Positions 19,315 to 29,010 of a stretch of DNA of 64,000 nucleotides are shown piece by piece. The stretch is from NCBI GenBank assembly GCA_004321745.1, contig SGYO01000006.1, forward strand, positions 37,468 to 101,467, in the 5' to 3' direction. Both the position numbers and the translations under genes were made by a program. The notes beneath the pieces were generated by a model. It searched no databases. It saw only the letters and a list, made by a program, of their open reading frames with translations, and was not told where the DNA came from. Origin of the DNA: a bacterium (lineage in GTDB: Bacteria > Fidelibacterota > Marinisomatia > Marinisomatales > UBA1611). Every line of letters begins with the position of its first letter. Within the stretch, counting starts at the first letter, position 1.

Positions 19315-20481
19315 CTAGCTATCTAATGTCAGTTGTATCTCCCCATAATATACGCTTTTAGGGTCACCATACTCTCGAATCGATCGTTTAATGATATCAA
19401 TATCTCGATGCACAAAACCTTTAAATAATTGTCTACCTAAATAATTCACAGTTATTTCTCTATCCATATCGACAAGGTCGTCATTTAACTGTATAGTTAT
19501 TTTTGATGAAGATGAACTTAATACGGTAATTATTTGATCATCTATAATGCATTCAATTAAATCACCAAAAGAAGGATCCTCATTTCTCAGCCAATAAAAT
19601 CTTTTGTGAAGCACATTGCCCTGTTTCCAAACTACTTTACTGGGGTATGGGTTGCGAATGAAATCAGACATCCAATCAAGCGCAGACGCTTCAAGGTTAC
19701 CCATCCAATGTCCTTTATTTTTATAAATTTTAATATAATACCTATAACCTTCTGGATCCTCTTCATTCAATTTTTTCAAATCATTTCCCCATTTAACAGC
19801 CATATCATTTCTATTATATAGGCTATCATTTTCACCCATATGGATTGTAAAAGCAGTGTTTCTCAACCCTAATGGGCTTGAGTCATTGGGATGTCCAGCA
19901 CTCATTGCCGCTGCAGCAAATCTATCAGCCATTCTTGGAGCAACCTGATAAATACCATCACCTCCGGCAGAGCGTCCCATGATATAAATTTTATTTGGAT
20001 CAACATTATGAAAGGCAATCATATTTTGAATCATTCTATTAAAAAATGTATCTACATGACTTTGAAACCACATATTCCATGTGTTTGAGGGAGAGCGAGG
20101 AGTAAACAAAATACCATTTTCTAATTCATATAATGTTTTATGCCGATTCCATAACCTATTATTCTCGCCCTCTGTAGTTCCTCCTCCTCCATGGAGTGAA
20201 ATAAACAAACTCCATCCGTCCTCGCCTTGCTCCCCAAAATGCTCGATATCAAATTTAATTTGCCTGTCCTTAAGTTTAATGACCTGATCTTCCATTTCCT
20301 CTGATCTGGTAACTATGATTTCTTTTTTAAAATCATTATAAATGTTTTTTTCTATTTTTTCCGCTTCGGATAAACTTAAAAAATTTTGTGAGGATTTTTT
20401 GACAGGTTTAAAAAAGTAGAAAAAAGACAGAGCTATAAAAACAATACTAACTTTGAGAGGTATTTTCATCTTTATATCCAA
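19315..20481 (-). CDS. exported alpha/beta hydrolase (esterase/peptidase-like)
   Basis: Oxyanion-type HGGGG, nucleophile elbow GRSAGG and a distal GHW histidine; N-terminal signal/anchor. Confidence 0.6.
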   Translation of the reverse strand: MDIKMKIPLKVSIVFIALSFFYFFKPVKKSSQNFLSLSEAEKIEKNIYNDFKKEIIVTRSEEMEDQVIKLKDRQIKFDIEHFGEQGEDGWSLFISLHGGGGTTEGENNRLWNRHKTLYELENGILFTPRSPSNTWNMWFQSHVDTFFNRMIQNMIAFHNVDPNKIYIMGRSAGGDGIYQVAPRMADRFAAAAMSAGHPNDSSPLGLRNTAFTIHMGENDSLYNRNDMAVKWGNDLKKLNEEDPEGYRYYIKIYKNKGHWMGNLEASALDWMSDFIRNPYPSKVVWKQGNVLHKRFYWLRNEDPSFGDLIECIIDDQIITVLSSSSSKITIQLNDDLVDMDREITVNYLGRQLFKGFVHRDIDIIKRSIREYGDPKSVYYGEIQLTLDS

Positions 20482-20758
20482 AATATTTTACACAAAATTC
20501 TTTTACAATTACGTTATCATTGCCATTGCAATATATTTGCAAATAAATGTTATCAACTAACCACAAAGAAAATTTGTCCAGATCTCCGTCGACTCTTTCA
20601 ACTTTCATTTGCCTGGCGTATTCAGTATCAAGTTTTTTTTGATTGATCTTAGACCATTCTCTGAAAACAATTTCTATAAACTCTATATCATTCCAGCCTT
20701 GATCAAAAATTTCTTGTATTTTTTCAATACCAAGTTCAGTAAAATTTTTTACATCCAT
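20447..20758 (-). CDS. hypothetical protein
   Basis: 103-aa ORF in the co-directional array. It overlaps the next gene by up to 35 nt. No motif recognised. Confidence 0.3.
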   Translation of the reverse strand: MDVKNFTELGIEKIQEIFDQGWNDIEFIEIVFREWSKINQKKLDTEYARQMKVERVDGDLDKFSLWLVDNIYLQIYCNGNDNVIVKEFCVKYFGYKDENTSQS

Positions 20759-20787
20759 TTAAGTTTTTTTCTTTTACCACAGCAGGG

Positions 20788-21192
20788 CTAATTGTGTTCT
20801 TCCATGTAGTCAGCAAATTGTAATTTTGCATGATTAACATTGTCTGCATTGATTATTAAAAATGCTTTATACCCATTATTTTCAAGGTACTTAGCATAGA
20901 GTAAGTTGCCTCTAAGACCAAGATATATACCAATTCCTGAAGATACAAAAGGAATCATTGTCTCTGGAATTCCAATTAATAATACTAAAGTACAAAATAC
21001 AAATATTTGACCTGCTACCAGATACATGCCTTTATAGACTAGCCATAACCCAGAGAAAAAAAATGCTGCCCAAGATATTCCAGTGTGTACAAGCTCTACT
21101 GTATTACTTGAATCTTTAAAAACCTGAAACACCTTCCTCCCAGATCCAACTAGATCAATATCACTATGTTCGTTATTTTTTTCTATTTCCAT
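20788..21192 (-). CDS. DUF2628-like small membrane protein
   Basis: Pattern ISWAAFFFSGLWLVYKGMY followed by two transmembrane helices, typical of DUF2628. Confidence 0.45.
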   Translation of the reverse strand: MEIEKNNEHSDIDLVGSGRKVFQVFKDSSNTVELVHTGISWAAFFFSGLWLVYKGMYLVAGQIFVFCTLVLLIGIPETMIPFVSSGIGIYLGLRGNLLYAKYLENNGYKAFLIINADNVNHAKLQFADYMEEHN

Positions 21193-21199
21193 TTAATAC

Positions 21200-22312
21200 T
21201 TAATTCAAATTTTTATTGATCACTCTTAATAGAGAATACTCACTATTTATTTCAACATCTCCTGCAAGCTGCCAAAACATTATTCCTGGCAGGTTTAATT
21301 TTTTATTTTCTTGGACTTTTTTAACAATAGTGCTCTTGCCATTAAATCCATACTCTTTTTCATTTAAACTATTTTTTTTATGCATAATAAAATCAGTTTC
21401 AAATGATAAATAAGTATTCATTTTAACAATGTCTTTATAGAACAACCACTCTTCACCCCATCCTGCCCTTGCATAAAATGGAATACCAGTAACTATTTTT
21501 TCTAAAGGTACACCAAAACTATTCCAATATTTAACTGATCCATTTGGACCATATACTGATTCAAACGTAGAGTGTTTCGCACCAAGATCATTATCATAGT
21601 TCATTAATGCTACCCAATCTAGGAAATGCCACCAACCATTTTGAGGAAAATGAGAAATTTGCTTCTTACTTGAGTACCATATGTTATTAGCGTTCATTAC
21701 AGCTGCAGAAAAACTTTTCTCACCTTTGCCAAATTCAGCATCAATGGCGATCCGTAACTCTTTAATAAATTTGATATAATGGTGGTTAATCGCATTATTA
21801 ACCGATTCCATTTCTTTTTTATCATTTAGCCATGATGGTTCCCAGTCACAATCAAAACCATCTAGTTTATGCGTAACCATAAAACGAACAATATTTTTGA
21901 TAAGATTTTGTCGATTTTTTTTGACTCCCATTAGCTCGGAGGTTACTATGTATGAACCTCCTCCAAATGAAATTATTGCTTTTACATCATTCTTGTGAGC
22001 AGACGATATTACATCATCTATGTTGTCCCATCCATCCGTCATAACTACATCACCTTTTATATTATCAGCACGTAAGAAAGATATACCAATATGCGATAAG
22101 TTTTTAAATTGTTCATCTGTTGGTTTGTAGCCATCAATCAGATAACCCATAATAATTGAGTTTGGCTCTACTGGGTTTGTTTGATAATCAGATTTAGTGG
22201 CGATAAATGTTGATGGAGGTTCTATAGACTCACTCAAATAAGAAATATCTTTTTTAGAGGTATTACAACTTTGTAAGCCAATTAGCATTAACATACTAAT
22301 TCCCCTACTCAT
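21200..22312 (-). CDS. glycoside hydrolase family 18 (chitinase-like) lipoprotein
   Basis: GH18 catalytic motif DxxDxDxE is present as LDGFDCDWE. The start is moved to the Met of MSRGISMLMLIGLQSC (lipobox), which removes the overlap with the upstream PCD gene. Confidence 0.75.
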   Translation of the reverse strand: MSRGISMLMLIGLQSCNTSKKDISYLSESIEPPSTFIATKSDYQTNPVEPNSIIMGYLIDGYKPTDEQFKNLSHIGISFLRADNIKGDVVMTDGWDNIDDVISSAHKNDVKAIISFGGGSYIVTSELMGVKKNRQNLIKNIVRFMVTHKLDGFDCDWEPSWLNDKKEMESVNNAINHHYIKFIKELRIAIDAEFGKGEKSFSAAVMNANNIWYSSKKQISHFPQNGWWHFLDWVALMNYDNDLGAKHSTFESVYGPNGSVKYWNSFGVPLEKIVTGIPFYARAGWGEEWLFYKDIVKMNTYLSFETDFIMHKKNSLNEKEYGFNGKSTIVKKVQENKKLNLPGIMFWQLAGDVEINSEYSLLRVINKNLN

Positions 22313-22325
22313 TAGTTTTTTAAAC

Positions 22326-22610
22326 TTAGTTAGTTTTTGTATCAATGTATTTGGCCATTTGAATACAACCTTTTGTAACACCTCCCAAATCATGTGAAGT
22401 AAAATCTACAACAATTACACAATATCCTACTTTCATATCAGGGTGATGATTTGCTCTCTCAGCCTCTTTTGCAATTAGGTTTATCATATCGATGCTGTCC
22501 ATATATGTTTTAAAACTAATCTCTTTGGAAATCTTAACGCCATCATAGGACCAGTCATTTAATTTGCCTAGCTCACTATTTATATCTTTATCGGAAAGTA
22601 ATTCACTCAT
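22326..22610 (-). CDS. phhB: pterin-4-alpha-carbinolamine dehydratase
   Basis: 94 aa with the PCD signature region EAERANHHPDM. Confidence 0.8.
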   Translation of the reverse strand: MSELLSDKDINSELGKLNDWSYDGVKISKEISFKTYMDSIDMINLIAKEAERANHHPDMKVGYCVIVVDFTSHDLGGVTKGCIQMAKYIDTKTN

Positions 22611-22642
22611 ATTTAATCTATCCTTGTTTTAATTAAAAAAGT

Positions 22643-23533
22643 CTAATCATTATCATGCTTTTCAAAAAAATGCCAAATTAGCTGATCTAAGTTTTTGCCA
22701 TTTACGCTCAAATCAAACCAGTAATGGCCTCCGCCAATGATTTTATAATGCTGGATAAGCGAAAGCCCGCCTTGGTTCAAATATGTATAGAATTCGATCG
22801 CGTTATTATTCCCATCAAAAAAATTTTCTATCACAACCGAATCAGCTAAATGATAATTTGTCCAATACTCTAAGGTATTATCAACAGATAAATAATAATC
22901 ATTAATTCCATTGTACGGCCTATCATTATCTGCAGTGCCATTTATAATAAATACACCTGTAGTTTCGTTGGGCTCACATAAACTATCAGATTCCTGTGAC
23001 ATTAAACCTGAAACTGGTGCCACAGCTGAAATCTTATTACTCAAATAACACGCCAGAGATATTGCCATGTCTCCACCATTTGAAAAACCACATGCATAAA
23101 CTTTATTTAGGTCAATGTTATAATTTGATGAAATCTCATCAATTAAACTAGCGATGAACCCAACATCATCAGCAGTACCTTTACTACCCTCAGTTGCTAT
23201 CATTGAATTCCAATATGAATAACCATTTACAAAGGAGCCTTGAGGATAAACGACAATGAACCCAGCACTATCGGCAACCTGGTCCATTTCAGAAAGATAC
23301 CTTTGCCCAGTAGCAGTTCCACTTCCCCCATGTAAATTGAGCACTAATGGAACAGAATCATTTCCGTTATATGAATCAGGAACATGGAGCACATATTCCC
23401 TACTTAAGCCATCATGACTTATCGAAATTGCATTTTCATTGTTTATCGTGCCTTTATCCCAACTTTCTTTATCATCTGAAAACTCTAAAGAACAAGAGAC
23501 AATGAATAAAATCAATATTATATATTTTATCAT
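22643..23533 (-). CDS. PHB-depolymerase-family esterase (LpqC/CE1-like), exported
   Basis: Lipoprotein-like signal (FIVSCS). Motifs LNLHGG, nucleophile elbow GFSNGG and C-terminal GGGHYW. Confidence 0.7.
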   Translation of the reverse strand: MIKYIILILFIVSCSLEFSDDKESWDKGTINNENAISISHDGLSREYVLHVPDSYNGNDSVPLVLNLHGGSGTATGQRYLSEMDQVADSAGFIVVYPQGSFVNGYSYWNSMIATEGSKGTADDVGFIASLIDEISSNYNIDLNKVYACGFSNGGDMAISLACYLSNKISAVAPVSGLMSQESDSLCEPNETTGVFIINGTADNDRPYNGINDYYLSVDNTLEYWTNYHLADSVVIENFFDGNNNAIEFYTYLNQGGLSLIQHYKIIGGGHYWFDLSVNGKNLDQLIWHFFEKHDND

Positions 23534-23611
23534 GTGGTTATCAAAATAAATTTCACTAAAGGTTTTTGAATTAAAAGTTTACTAATATTAACGCTTAATG
23601 ATCGAAACTAA

Positions 23612-24142
23612 ATGATTAATTATCCTTACTTAAGACTATTTAGAACATACACAAAGTCCTTTGGAAAAGAACCAATTGATATCACAGAGGAGTCAGTTCT
23701 TAATTTTAGAGCAGGATTATTTGACATTGACCCCTATTTAGAGGTGAACAATGGCCGTTATCATACTCTTGGTGATATAGGAAGATTTAACCATGGCTTT
23801 CGCACAGGTTTTTACAAAAATTCAAGAGCACATGGTATCACATTCACTTTAGCTGGAGCTACAGCTAAATACAGACATCGAATTCCATTTTGGAAAAAGT
23901 TCGAAATGCGCACAAAAATTGTATACACTGATGATCGGTGGGTCTATTACATGACCGATTTTCATTCAAATGGTAAGCTAAGTTCAAGTATTCTAGCAAG
24001 AACTGGTTGTGTAAAAAATGGAAAGCTTATTTCAACACAGGATTCTGCGAGATATTTTAACTTAAAGGTACCAAAGTATGAGCTTCCGGAATGGGTTTCT
24101 TTATGGATTCAATCAGATTCAAAATATCCAGGATTTAAATAG
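23612..24142 (+). CDS. hotdog-fold thioesterase-like protein (4HBT_2/THEM6-like)
   Basis: The size and the pattern D..LEVNNGRY...GR..HG....F.LAGATAKYR resemble hotdog thioesterases. Recognition is weak. Confidence 0.4.
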   Translation: MINYPYLRLFRTYTKSFGKEPIDITEESVLNFRAGLFDIDPYLEVNNGRYHTLGDIGRFNHGFRTGFYKNSRAHGITFTLAGATAKYRHRIPFWKKFEMRTKIVYTDDRWVYYMTDFHSNGKLSSSILARTGCVKNGKLISTQDSARYFNLKVPKYELPEWVSLWIQSDSKYPGFK

Positions 24143-24147
24143 AAGAA

Positions 24148-24657
24148 TTATAATTTTTTTTCGTCCTCATCATCAGTATAAACGAAAGTTATTCTAGGCA
24201 TCTCGATTGCTTTGTCGTTAAGAATAGCATCAGACCTGTAATCTCCATACATCTTATTAAGCATATCTACAGCTTTAAGTCTAGCTCTAATGATAAGTGA
24301 ATCATCCTCAAATACTTTGGTTAAAAAAGCAGCGCGCTCTGCTATCGAGCTAATGCGATTATTCTCTTCATCAATTTTTCTAGCTTCGAGGACCGCATTA
24401 GGATCAATAAGACCACAGTCCTCATAGCCTTGTTTTTCTAAGGCCAACCTTATTAAAGGCTTTTTTAAATTTTCACATGATATAGCGTGGATAGAACTTG
24501 TACTAGTTACATTATATCCCGTATCTAAAACAGCTTGAGCTCCATCTCCGCCATTGCGTATATATGAATCGACAAAGCGTTTTTGTTTTAATGTAAGCCT
24601 TTTATTGGGAATAGTTTGAGGGTCAGAGCGATTGGTTTTAACATCGTTTATTTTCAT
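24148..24657 (-). CDS. phage terminase small subunit homologue (Terminase_2-like), solitary
   Basis: LTLKQKRFVDSYIRNGGDGAQAVLDTGYNVTSTSSIHAISCENLKKPLI matches the N-terminal HTH region of Terminase_2-type TerS proteins (consensus recalled as LTxKQxxFxxxY....N...A...AGYS.....A....LL..P.I). The C-terminal RLKAVDMLNKMYGDY also fits. Confidence 0.65.
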   Translation of the reverse strand: MKINDVKTNRSDPQTIPNKRLTLKQKRFVDSYIRNGGDGAQAVLDTGYNVTSTSSIHAISCENLKKPLIRLALEKQGYEDCGLIDPNAVLEARKIDEENNRISSIAERAAFLTKVFEDDSLIIRARLKAVDMLNKMYGDYRSDAILNDKAIEMPRITFVYTDDEDEKKL

Positions 24658-24887
24658 AATATGAAATCAATCTTACATCTAGAATAAAACTCTATCAAAT
24701 GTTTTTTAATAATATTTAAAATTATTTTCTGCATAATTAGATAACATAGCTAGTTTTTATGAACAGAGAGGACTATTTATTTACTTTACCAAAGCCATGA
24801 TGCACTTGCCAAAATTATTACTTTCATTTTATTTTTTCCCTAAAATCTATTTGATTATTGAGTGAAAAATTGGAGTAATATTTGACC

Positions 24888-25037
24888 ATGAAATTTTTTC
24901 GAGATGTATTCAAAACTAAAGATATTGCATTTTCAAAAGATTTAGACTTAACTCCATATAACATATCAGTAATTCTAATCAGAATCCAGATCATAATTTT
25001 TATCTTTTTTACTGCTAAGCGCTACACTGGAATGTAA
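24888..25037 (+). CDS. possible 49-aa small membrane protein translationally coupled to pxpB
   Basis: Translation is MKFFRDVFKTKDIAFSKDLDLTPYNISVILIRIQIIIFIFFTAKRYTGM. The TAA stop overlaps the pxpB ATG (TAATG). GGAG lies 12 nt upstream. It falls below the ORF-track size cut-off. Confidence 0.25.
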   Translation: MKFFRDVFKTKDIAFSKDLDLTPYNISVILIRIQIIIFIFFTAKRYTGM

Positions 25038-25744
25038 TGAAATATAAAAAAGAAAAAATACAATCTCCCTCAATTACTCCAGCTTCGGATAGATCAATAA
25101 TGCTTCGTTTTGAGGATGGAATATCTGAATATATCCATGAGCATGTTTATTATTTTCATAGTTTACTTGTAAAAAAATTTAAAAAGAAAATTGCGAACAC
25201 CTCACCAGCGTATAATTCCATCTTGATTCGATTAGCTGATGGAGTATCCGTTTGGAGAATGATAGCAAAATTAAAGCAACTTTTTGAAGAAGAGCATGAA
25301 ATATATATTGAGCAAAAACAAACGGTCAAAATTCCAGTATGCTATGATAAAGAATTTGCTCTTGATATTGACAGGGTGTCAAAACACACAAAACTAAGTA
25401 CGGATGAGATCATCCACCTACATACCAAAAGGAAATACCTTGTTTACTTCCTGGGATTTTCCCCTGGATTCCCATACATCGGCGGAATGGATCAAAAACT
25501 GGAGACCCCAAGGTTAAACTCCCCGCGAATAGAGGTAATGCAAGGTTCTGTCGCCATTGGAGGAAAGCAAACTGGCATATATCCAATTACTAGTCCTGGT
25601 GGCTGGAATATTATTGGCAGAACACCGCTCATCCTTTTTGATTGGAACAAAATATCTAACCCTATTCTACAGATGGGAGCAAGAATTCAATTCTATGCTA
25701 TTTCTCATAAAGAGTTTAGCCAACATCAAGGTACATTGTTTTGA
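25037..25744 (+). CDS. pxpB: 5-oxoprolinase subunit B (KipI/allophanate hydrolase subunit 1 family)
   Basis: The conserved region YFLGFSPGFPYIGG...GSVAIGGKQTGIYP is present. It is followed by pxpC and pxpA with overlapping junctions. Confidence 0.85.
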   Translation: MKYKKEKIQSPSITPASDRSIMLRFEDGISEYIHEHVYYFHSLLVKKFKKKIANTSPAYNSILIRLADGVSVWRMIAKLKQLFEEEHEIYIEQKQTVKIPVCYDKEFALDIDRVSKHTKLSTDEIIHLHTKRKYLVYFLGFSPGFPYIGGMDQKLETPRLNSPRIEVMQGSVAIGGKQTGIYPITSPGGWNIIGRTPLILFDWNKISNPILQMGARIQFYAISHKEFSQHQGTLF

Positions 25745-26652
25745 ATTTGACTGTAATCAAACCTGGCTTCCAAGACCTTGTGCAAGACCTTGGTAGAGAT
25801 GGATACACGCATCTTGGCATTTCCCCCACTGGAGCTGCAGATAAAGCATCAATGAAGATTGCAAATCTTCTTTTAGGTAACAACGTAAATGATCCTGTCA
25901 TAGAGATCACGCTATTTGGAGGCTCTTACAGTTTTGACTGTAAAACAACTGTCTGTTTTGCTGGAAGTCACTTCCCGGCCTCTATCAAAGGCAAAGAAAT
26001 ACCCTTTTTAAAACCAGTTACCGTAAAACAAGGAGACATTCTCACAATCTCTGGCTCAACTTCAGGAGCGAGGTGTTATCTTGCGATTCAAAATGGGTTT
26101 AATGTTGCAAAACTTTTGGAAAGTAGTTCGACACATTTAATGTCAAAATCTGGAGGTTACAGAGGAAGAAATCTTGAGTTAAATGACAAAATCCCGTTCA
26201 ACAAACCAGAAAAAAGACAGTTTCCTTTAGATTTAAAATTTGCAATAAATTATGACAGATCAGTGATAAGAGCTACTCCAGGATTACAGTATAATCTGTT
26301 TGATAAACCATATCAAAAACTCTTTTTTGGTAAAGAATTTACTGTCTCCCACCAATCAAATCGCATGGGCATTAGAATCAATGGTCCAAAACTTCAAAAG
26401 AACACAATTCAAGACATCATAACAGAGGGACTACCACTTGGCGCGGTCCAGGTTACTGGAAGCGGTGATAGTATTATTACATTTGTTGACCACCAAACAA
26501 CAGGCGGCTATCCAAAAATTGCTAATGTAATTGCTGCTGATATGCATAAGGTAGGACAATTGCGTCCAGGTGACAGTTTCACATTTGAACACATAACAAT
26601 GGATAAAGCAGAATCACTTTACCAAGAGCATAAGGCCATTTTTAAACAATGA
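25741..26652 (+). CDS. pxpC: 5-oxoprolinase subunit C (KipA/allophanate hydrolase subunit 2 family)
   Basis: QDLGR.GY...G....GA.D pattern at the N-terminus and DHQTTGGYPKIA near the C-terminus. TTG start inside the pxpB stop region. Confidence 0.85.
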   Translation: MNLTVIKPGFQDLVQDLGRDGYTHLGISPTGAADKASMKIANLLLGNNVNDPVIEITLFGGSYSFDCKTTVCFAGSHFPASIKGKEIPFLKPVTVKQGDILTISGSTSGARCYLAIQNGFNVAKLLESSSTHLMSKSGGYRGRNLELNDKIPFNKPEKRQFPLDLKFAINYDRSVIRATPGLQYNLFDKPYQKLFFGKEFTVSHQSNRMGIRINGPKLQKNTIQDIITEGLPLGAVQVTGSGDSIITFVDHQTTGGYPKIANVIAADMHKVGQLRPGDSFTFEHITMDKAESLYQEHKAIFKQ

Positions 26653-27377
26653 TCGATATAAACTGTGATATGGGTGAATTAGATGAGCTTATGGATGATG
26701 GAACATATGAATCTCTAATGGACCATGTAACCTCAATCAATGTAGCTTGTGGAGGCCATGCCGGAGATAATGTAATGATGAACACCATGGTTGAACTTGC
26801 AAAAGATAAAAAAGTTAATATTGGAGCGCACCCCAGCTATCCAGATAAAGAAAATTTTGGGAGAAATGAAATAGACATCAGCATTTCGGCTCTTAAAGAT
26901 TCCATTTCAACACAAATTATCAATCTGATGGATATAACTAATAAACATGGCTCTGAATTGAGCCATGTTAAACCCCATGGAGCTTTGTACAATAAAGCGG
27001 CTGAAGATAAAGGATTAGCAATGTTAATTGGTGAGGTGGTCAAATCTATTGACCCCCTACTTCCTATCATGTGTTTGGCGGGCTCACAAATGATCACCGT
27101 GTTAGAATCAATTGGATTGAAAGCTATGCCTGAATCTTTTGCAGATAGAACATATGAGCCAGACGGAACATTGCGGAAAAGATCTTATAGTAACGCTTTA
27201 ATTGATAATCCTCAAATAGCATCAAATCAGGTATATAATATATACAAAAATAAAAGAATCATAGCTCATGAAGGCTCAGAGTTTTCAATAGATTCAAAAA
27301 CAATTTGTATCCATAGTGATACAGAAAATGCATTAAAAATCGCAAAAGCAGTTAAGCAAAAATTAATCAGGAGTTAA
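26649..27377 (+). CDS. pxpA: 5-oxoprolinase subunit A (LamB/YcsF family)
   Basis: DINCDMGE and NVACGGHAGD motifs. ATGA overlap with pxpC. Confidence 0.9.
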   Translation: MIDINCDMGELDELMDDGTYESLMDHVTSINVACGGHAGDNVMMNTMVELAKDKKVNIGAHPSYPDKENFGRNEIDISISALKDSISTQIINLMDITNKHGSELSHVKPHGALYNKAAEDKGLAMLIGEVVKSIDPLLPIMCLAGSQMITVLESIGLKAMPESFADRTYEPDGTLRKRSYSNALIDNPQIASNQVYNIYKNKRIIAHEGSEFSIDSKTICIHSDTENALKIAKAVKQKLIRS

Positions 27378-27379
27378 TA

Positions 27380-27649
27380 ATGAGTTCATATGTTCAAGGT
27401 CTACTTACAGGCGGAGTTTTAGTTTTTTCAGCATTAATTTTTATGGGTCAGCAAGATCTAGAGCTTGCCGAGCAAAGGGCGAATAATAGGTTTGATGAAA
27501 TCGTAAAAGCACTAGAGATAGTGTATGATCAAATAGATTCCACATCAGAAAACAACTTTGTAAAAATGAATGACCTTGAGAAAAAGATAGACCATATGGA
27601 AACTCTTGTGGTAGAGATGTACAATTATGGAATAAAGTGCAAGCTTTAG
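27380..27649 (+). CDS. small membrane-anchored coiled-coil protein
   Basis: 89 aa with one N-terminal transmembrane helix. SD AGGAG sits upstream, 2 nt after the pxpA stop. Confidence 0.4.
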   Translation: MSSYVQGLLTGGVLVFSALIFMGQQDLELAEQRANNRFDEIVKALEIVYDQIDSTSENNFVKMNDLEKKIDHMETLVVEMYNYGIKCKL

Positions 27650-27712
27650 ATAATTACCAAGAAAATCATTTTCTAGTTAAAACCTGCCCAAATTTTTGTT
27701 AAAATAAAAAGC

Positions 27713-28624
27713 ATGAAAATAGCACTATTAGCTCTCATTTTTTCTTTAGTAAGCGCCCAAAAAGATTATGACATAAAAAATCTGGTAATTTTTGAAGATA
27801 AGTTTCTAATCAAATTTTCAGATGAAATAGTTAATGGAGATGTTTATACAAATCACACAGGAATTCTGGTAAAAAATGGAAACATAGTAAGAGGCGTAAA
27901 AGATGGAAAATGGACAGAATGGTATGATAAAGGAACTAAAAAATTAGAATTTACTTTTTTAGGCGGCTTTTTAGTTGGTCCCGTTAAAATGTGGAACGAA
28001 GCTGGCAAATTAATTTTAAGCGGTAATTATATAAAAGGAAATGGAACAACAATAGTGCAAAATATTGATCCAAACTCCTTTCCAACAAATGGGAGAGATG
28101 GTATATGGAATTTTTATTACGAGAATGGGACTACTAAGCTAGACGAAGAATGGATAGATGGAATTCTCGTTTCAGAAAAAGAATACTATAAAGATTCAAA
28201 GAATATCAAATATGAAGCTTATTATGGTGTAAAAAACCCCGACCCTGATAAAAAGGTACTCCTAGATTATATTGGTTCGATTGATGTCCCTGTGAGCAGT
28301 TATGCCGGTTTGAAAACATACTATTACAAGAGCGGTGAAATTTATTCAATTCAACAATGGGATTGGGTTCAAAAAAGACCTTACGGCAAAAGTTCTTTTT
28401 TCCATGAAACCGGAGAAATTTGGATGAAAGTGCAGTATGATGACAAAGGCAAAAAGCATGGCTATCTTGAGCATTACTTTTTAGGAAAGCTGTATAAGAG
28501 ATATTTTTATAATAAAGATCACATTGTACATATAGAGACATACAATTTAAAGGGTGAAATAGATTACAAAACTGATTGCATGCTCAAGTATTGTAAAGAG
28601 CCAACGCTCGCTACTATTGACTAA
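27713..28624 (+). CDS. MORN-variant (YwqK-like) repeat exported protein
   Basis: Signal peptide plus repeated motifs DGKWTEWYDKGTKK, MWNEAGKL, DGIWNFYYENGTTK and FFHETGEIW. Confidence 0.55.
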   Translation: MKIALLALIFSLVSAQKDYDIKNLVIFEDKFLIKFSDEIVNGDVYTNHTGILVKNGNIVRGVKDGKWTEWYDKGTKKLEFTFLGGFLVGPVKMWNEAGKLILSGNYIKGNGTTIVQNIDPNSFPTNGRDGIWNFYYENGTTKLDEEWIDGILVSEKEYYKDSKNIKYEAYYGVKNPDPDKKVLLDYIGSIDVPVSSYAGLKTYYYKSGEIYSIQQWDWVQKRPYGKSSFFHETGEIWMKVQYDDKGKKHGYLEHYFLGKLYKRYFYNKDHIVHIETYNLKGEIDYKTDCMLKYCKEPTLATID

Positions 28625-29010
28625 TAATTTATTATTGCTATCGCTACAAATAACCCTGAGCAGTTAGCGATCATATCTTTTACACTAAAAAACCCGTTTT
28701 TACCCTTTCTGTCGTTTAGCTCTTTTGATAAACCAGCGCTGAAACTTAGAGCAGTTGATATAGGCAGCGCATCTGATTCTGAAATGTCTTTTTTGTTTAC
28801 CAACACATATTGACAGCCAAGTGAGATCAAACAACTGTAGCTAAAATGCTGCAGCTTATCTATTGCAAACCATTTATCTACCCTTTTTATTTTTTCTTTT
28901 TTATCTACACTTTCGTTATTAGCAGGAACCTCATAAGCACTTTGAGCATGTAAATTGTTCGAAAGAATAAAAAAAAGACTTATCAGTAATACTATATGTT
29001 TATTTGTCAT
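28621..29010 (-). CDS. YfiM/DUF2279-like small exported protein
   Basis: Signal peptide, then the DKLQHFSYS motif and a C-terminal hydrophobic segment. Recognition is weak. Confidence 0.4.
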   Translation of the reverse strand: MTNKHIVLLISLFFILSNNLHAQSAYEVPANNESVDKKEKIKRVDKWFAIDKLQHFSYSCLISLGCQYVLVNKKDISESDALPISTALSFSAGLSKELNDRKGKNGFFSVKDMIANCSGLFVAIAIINY

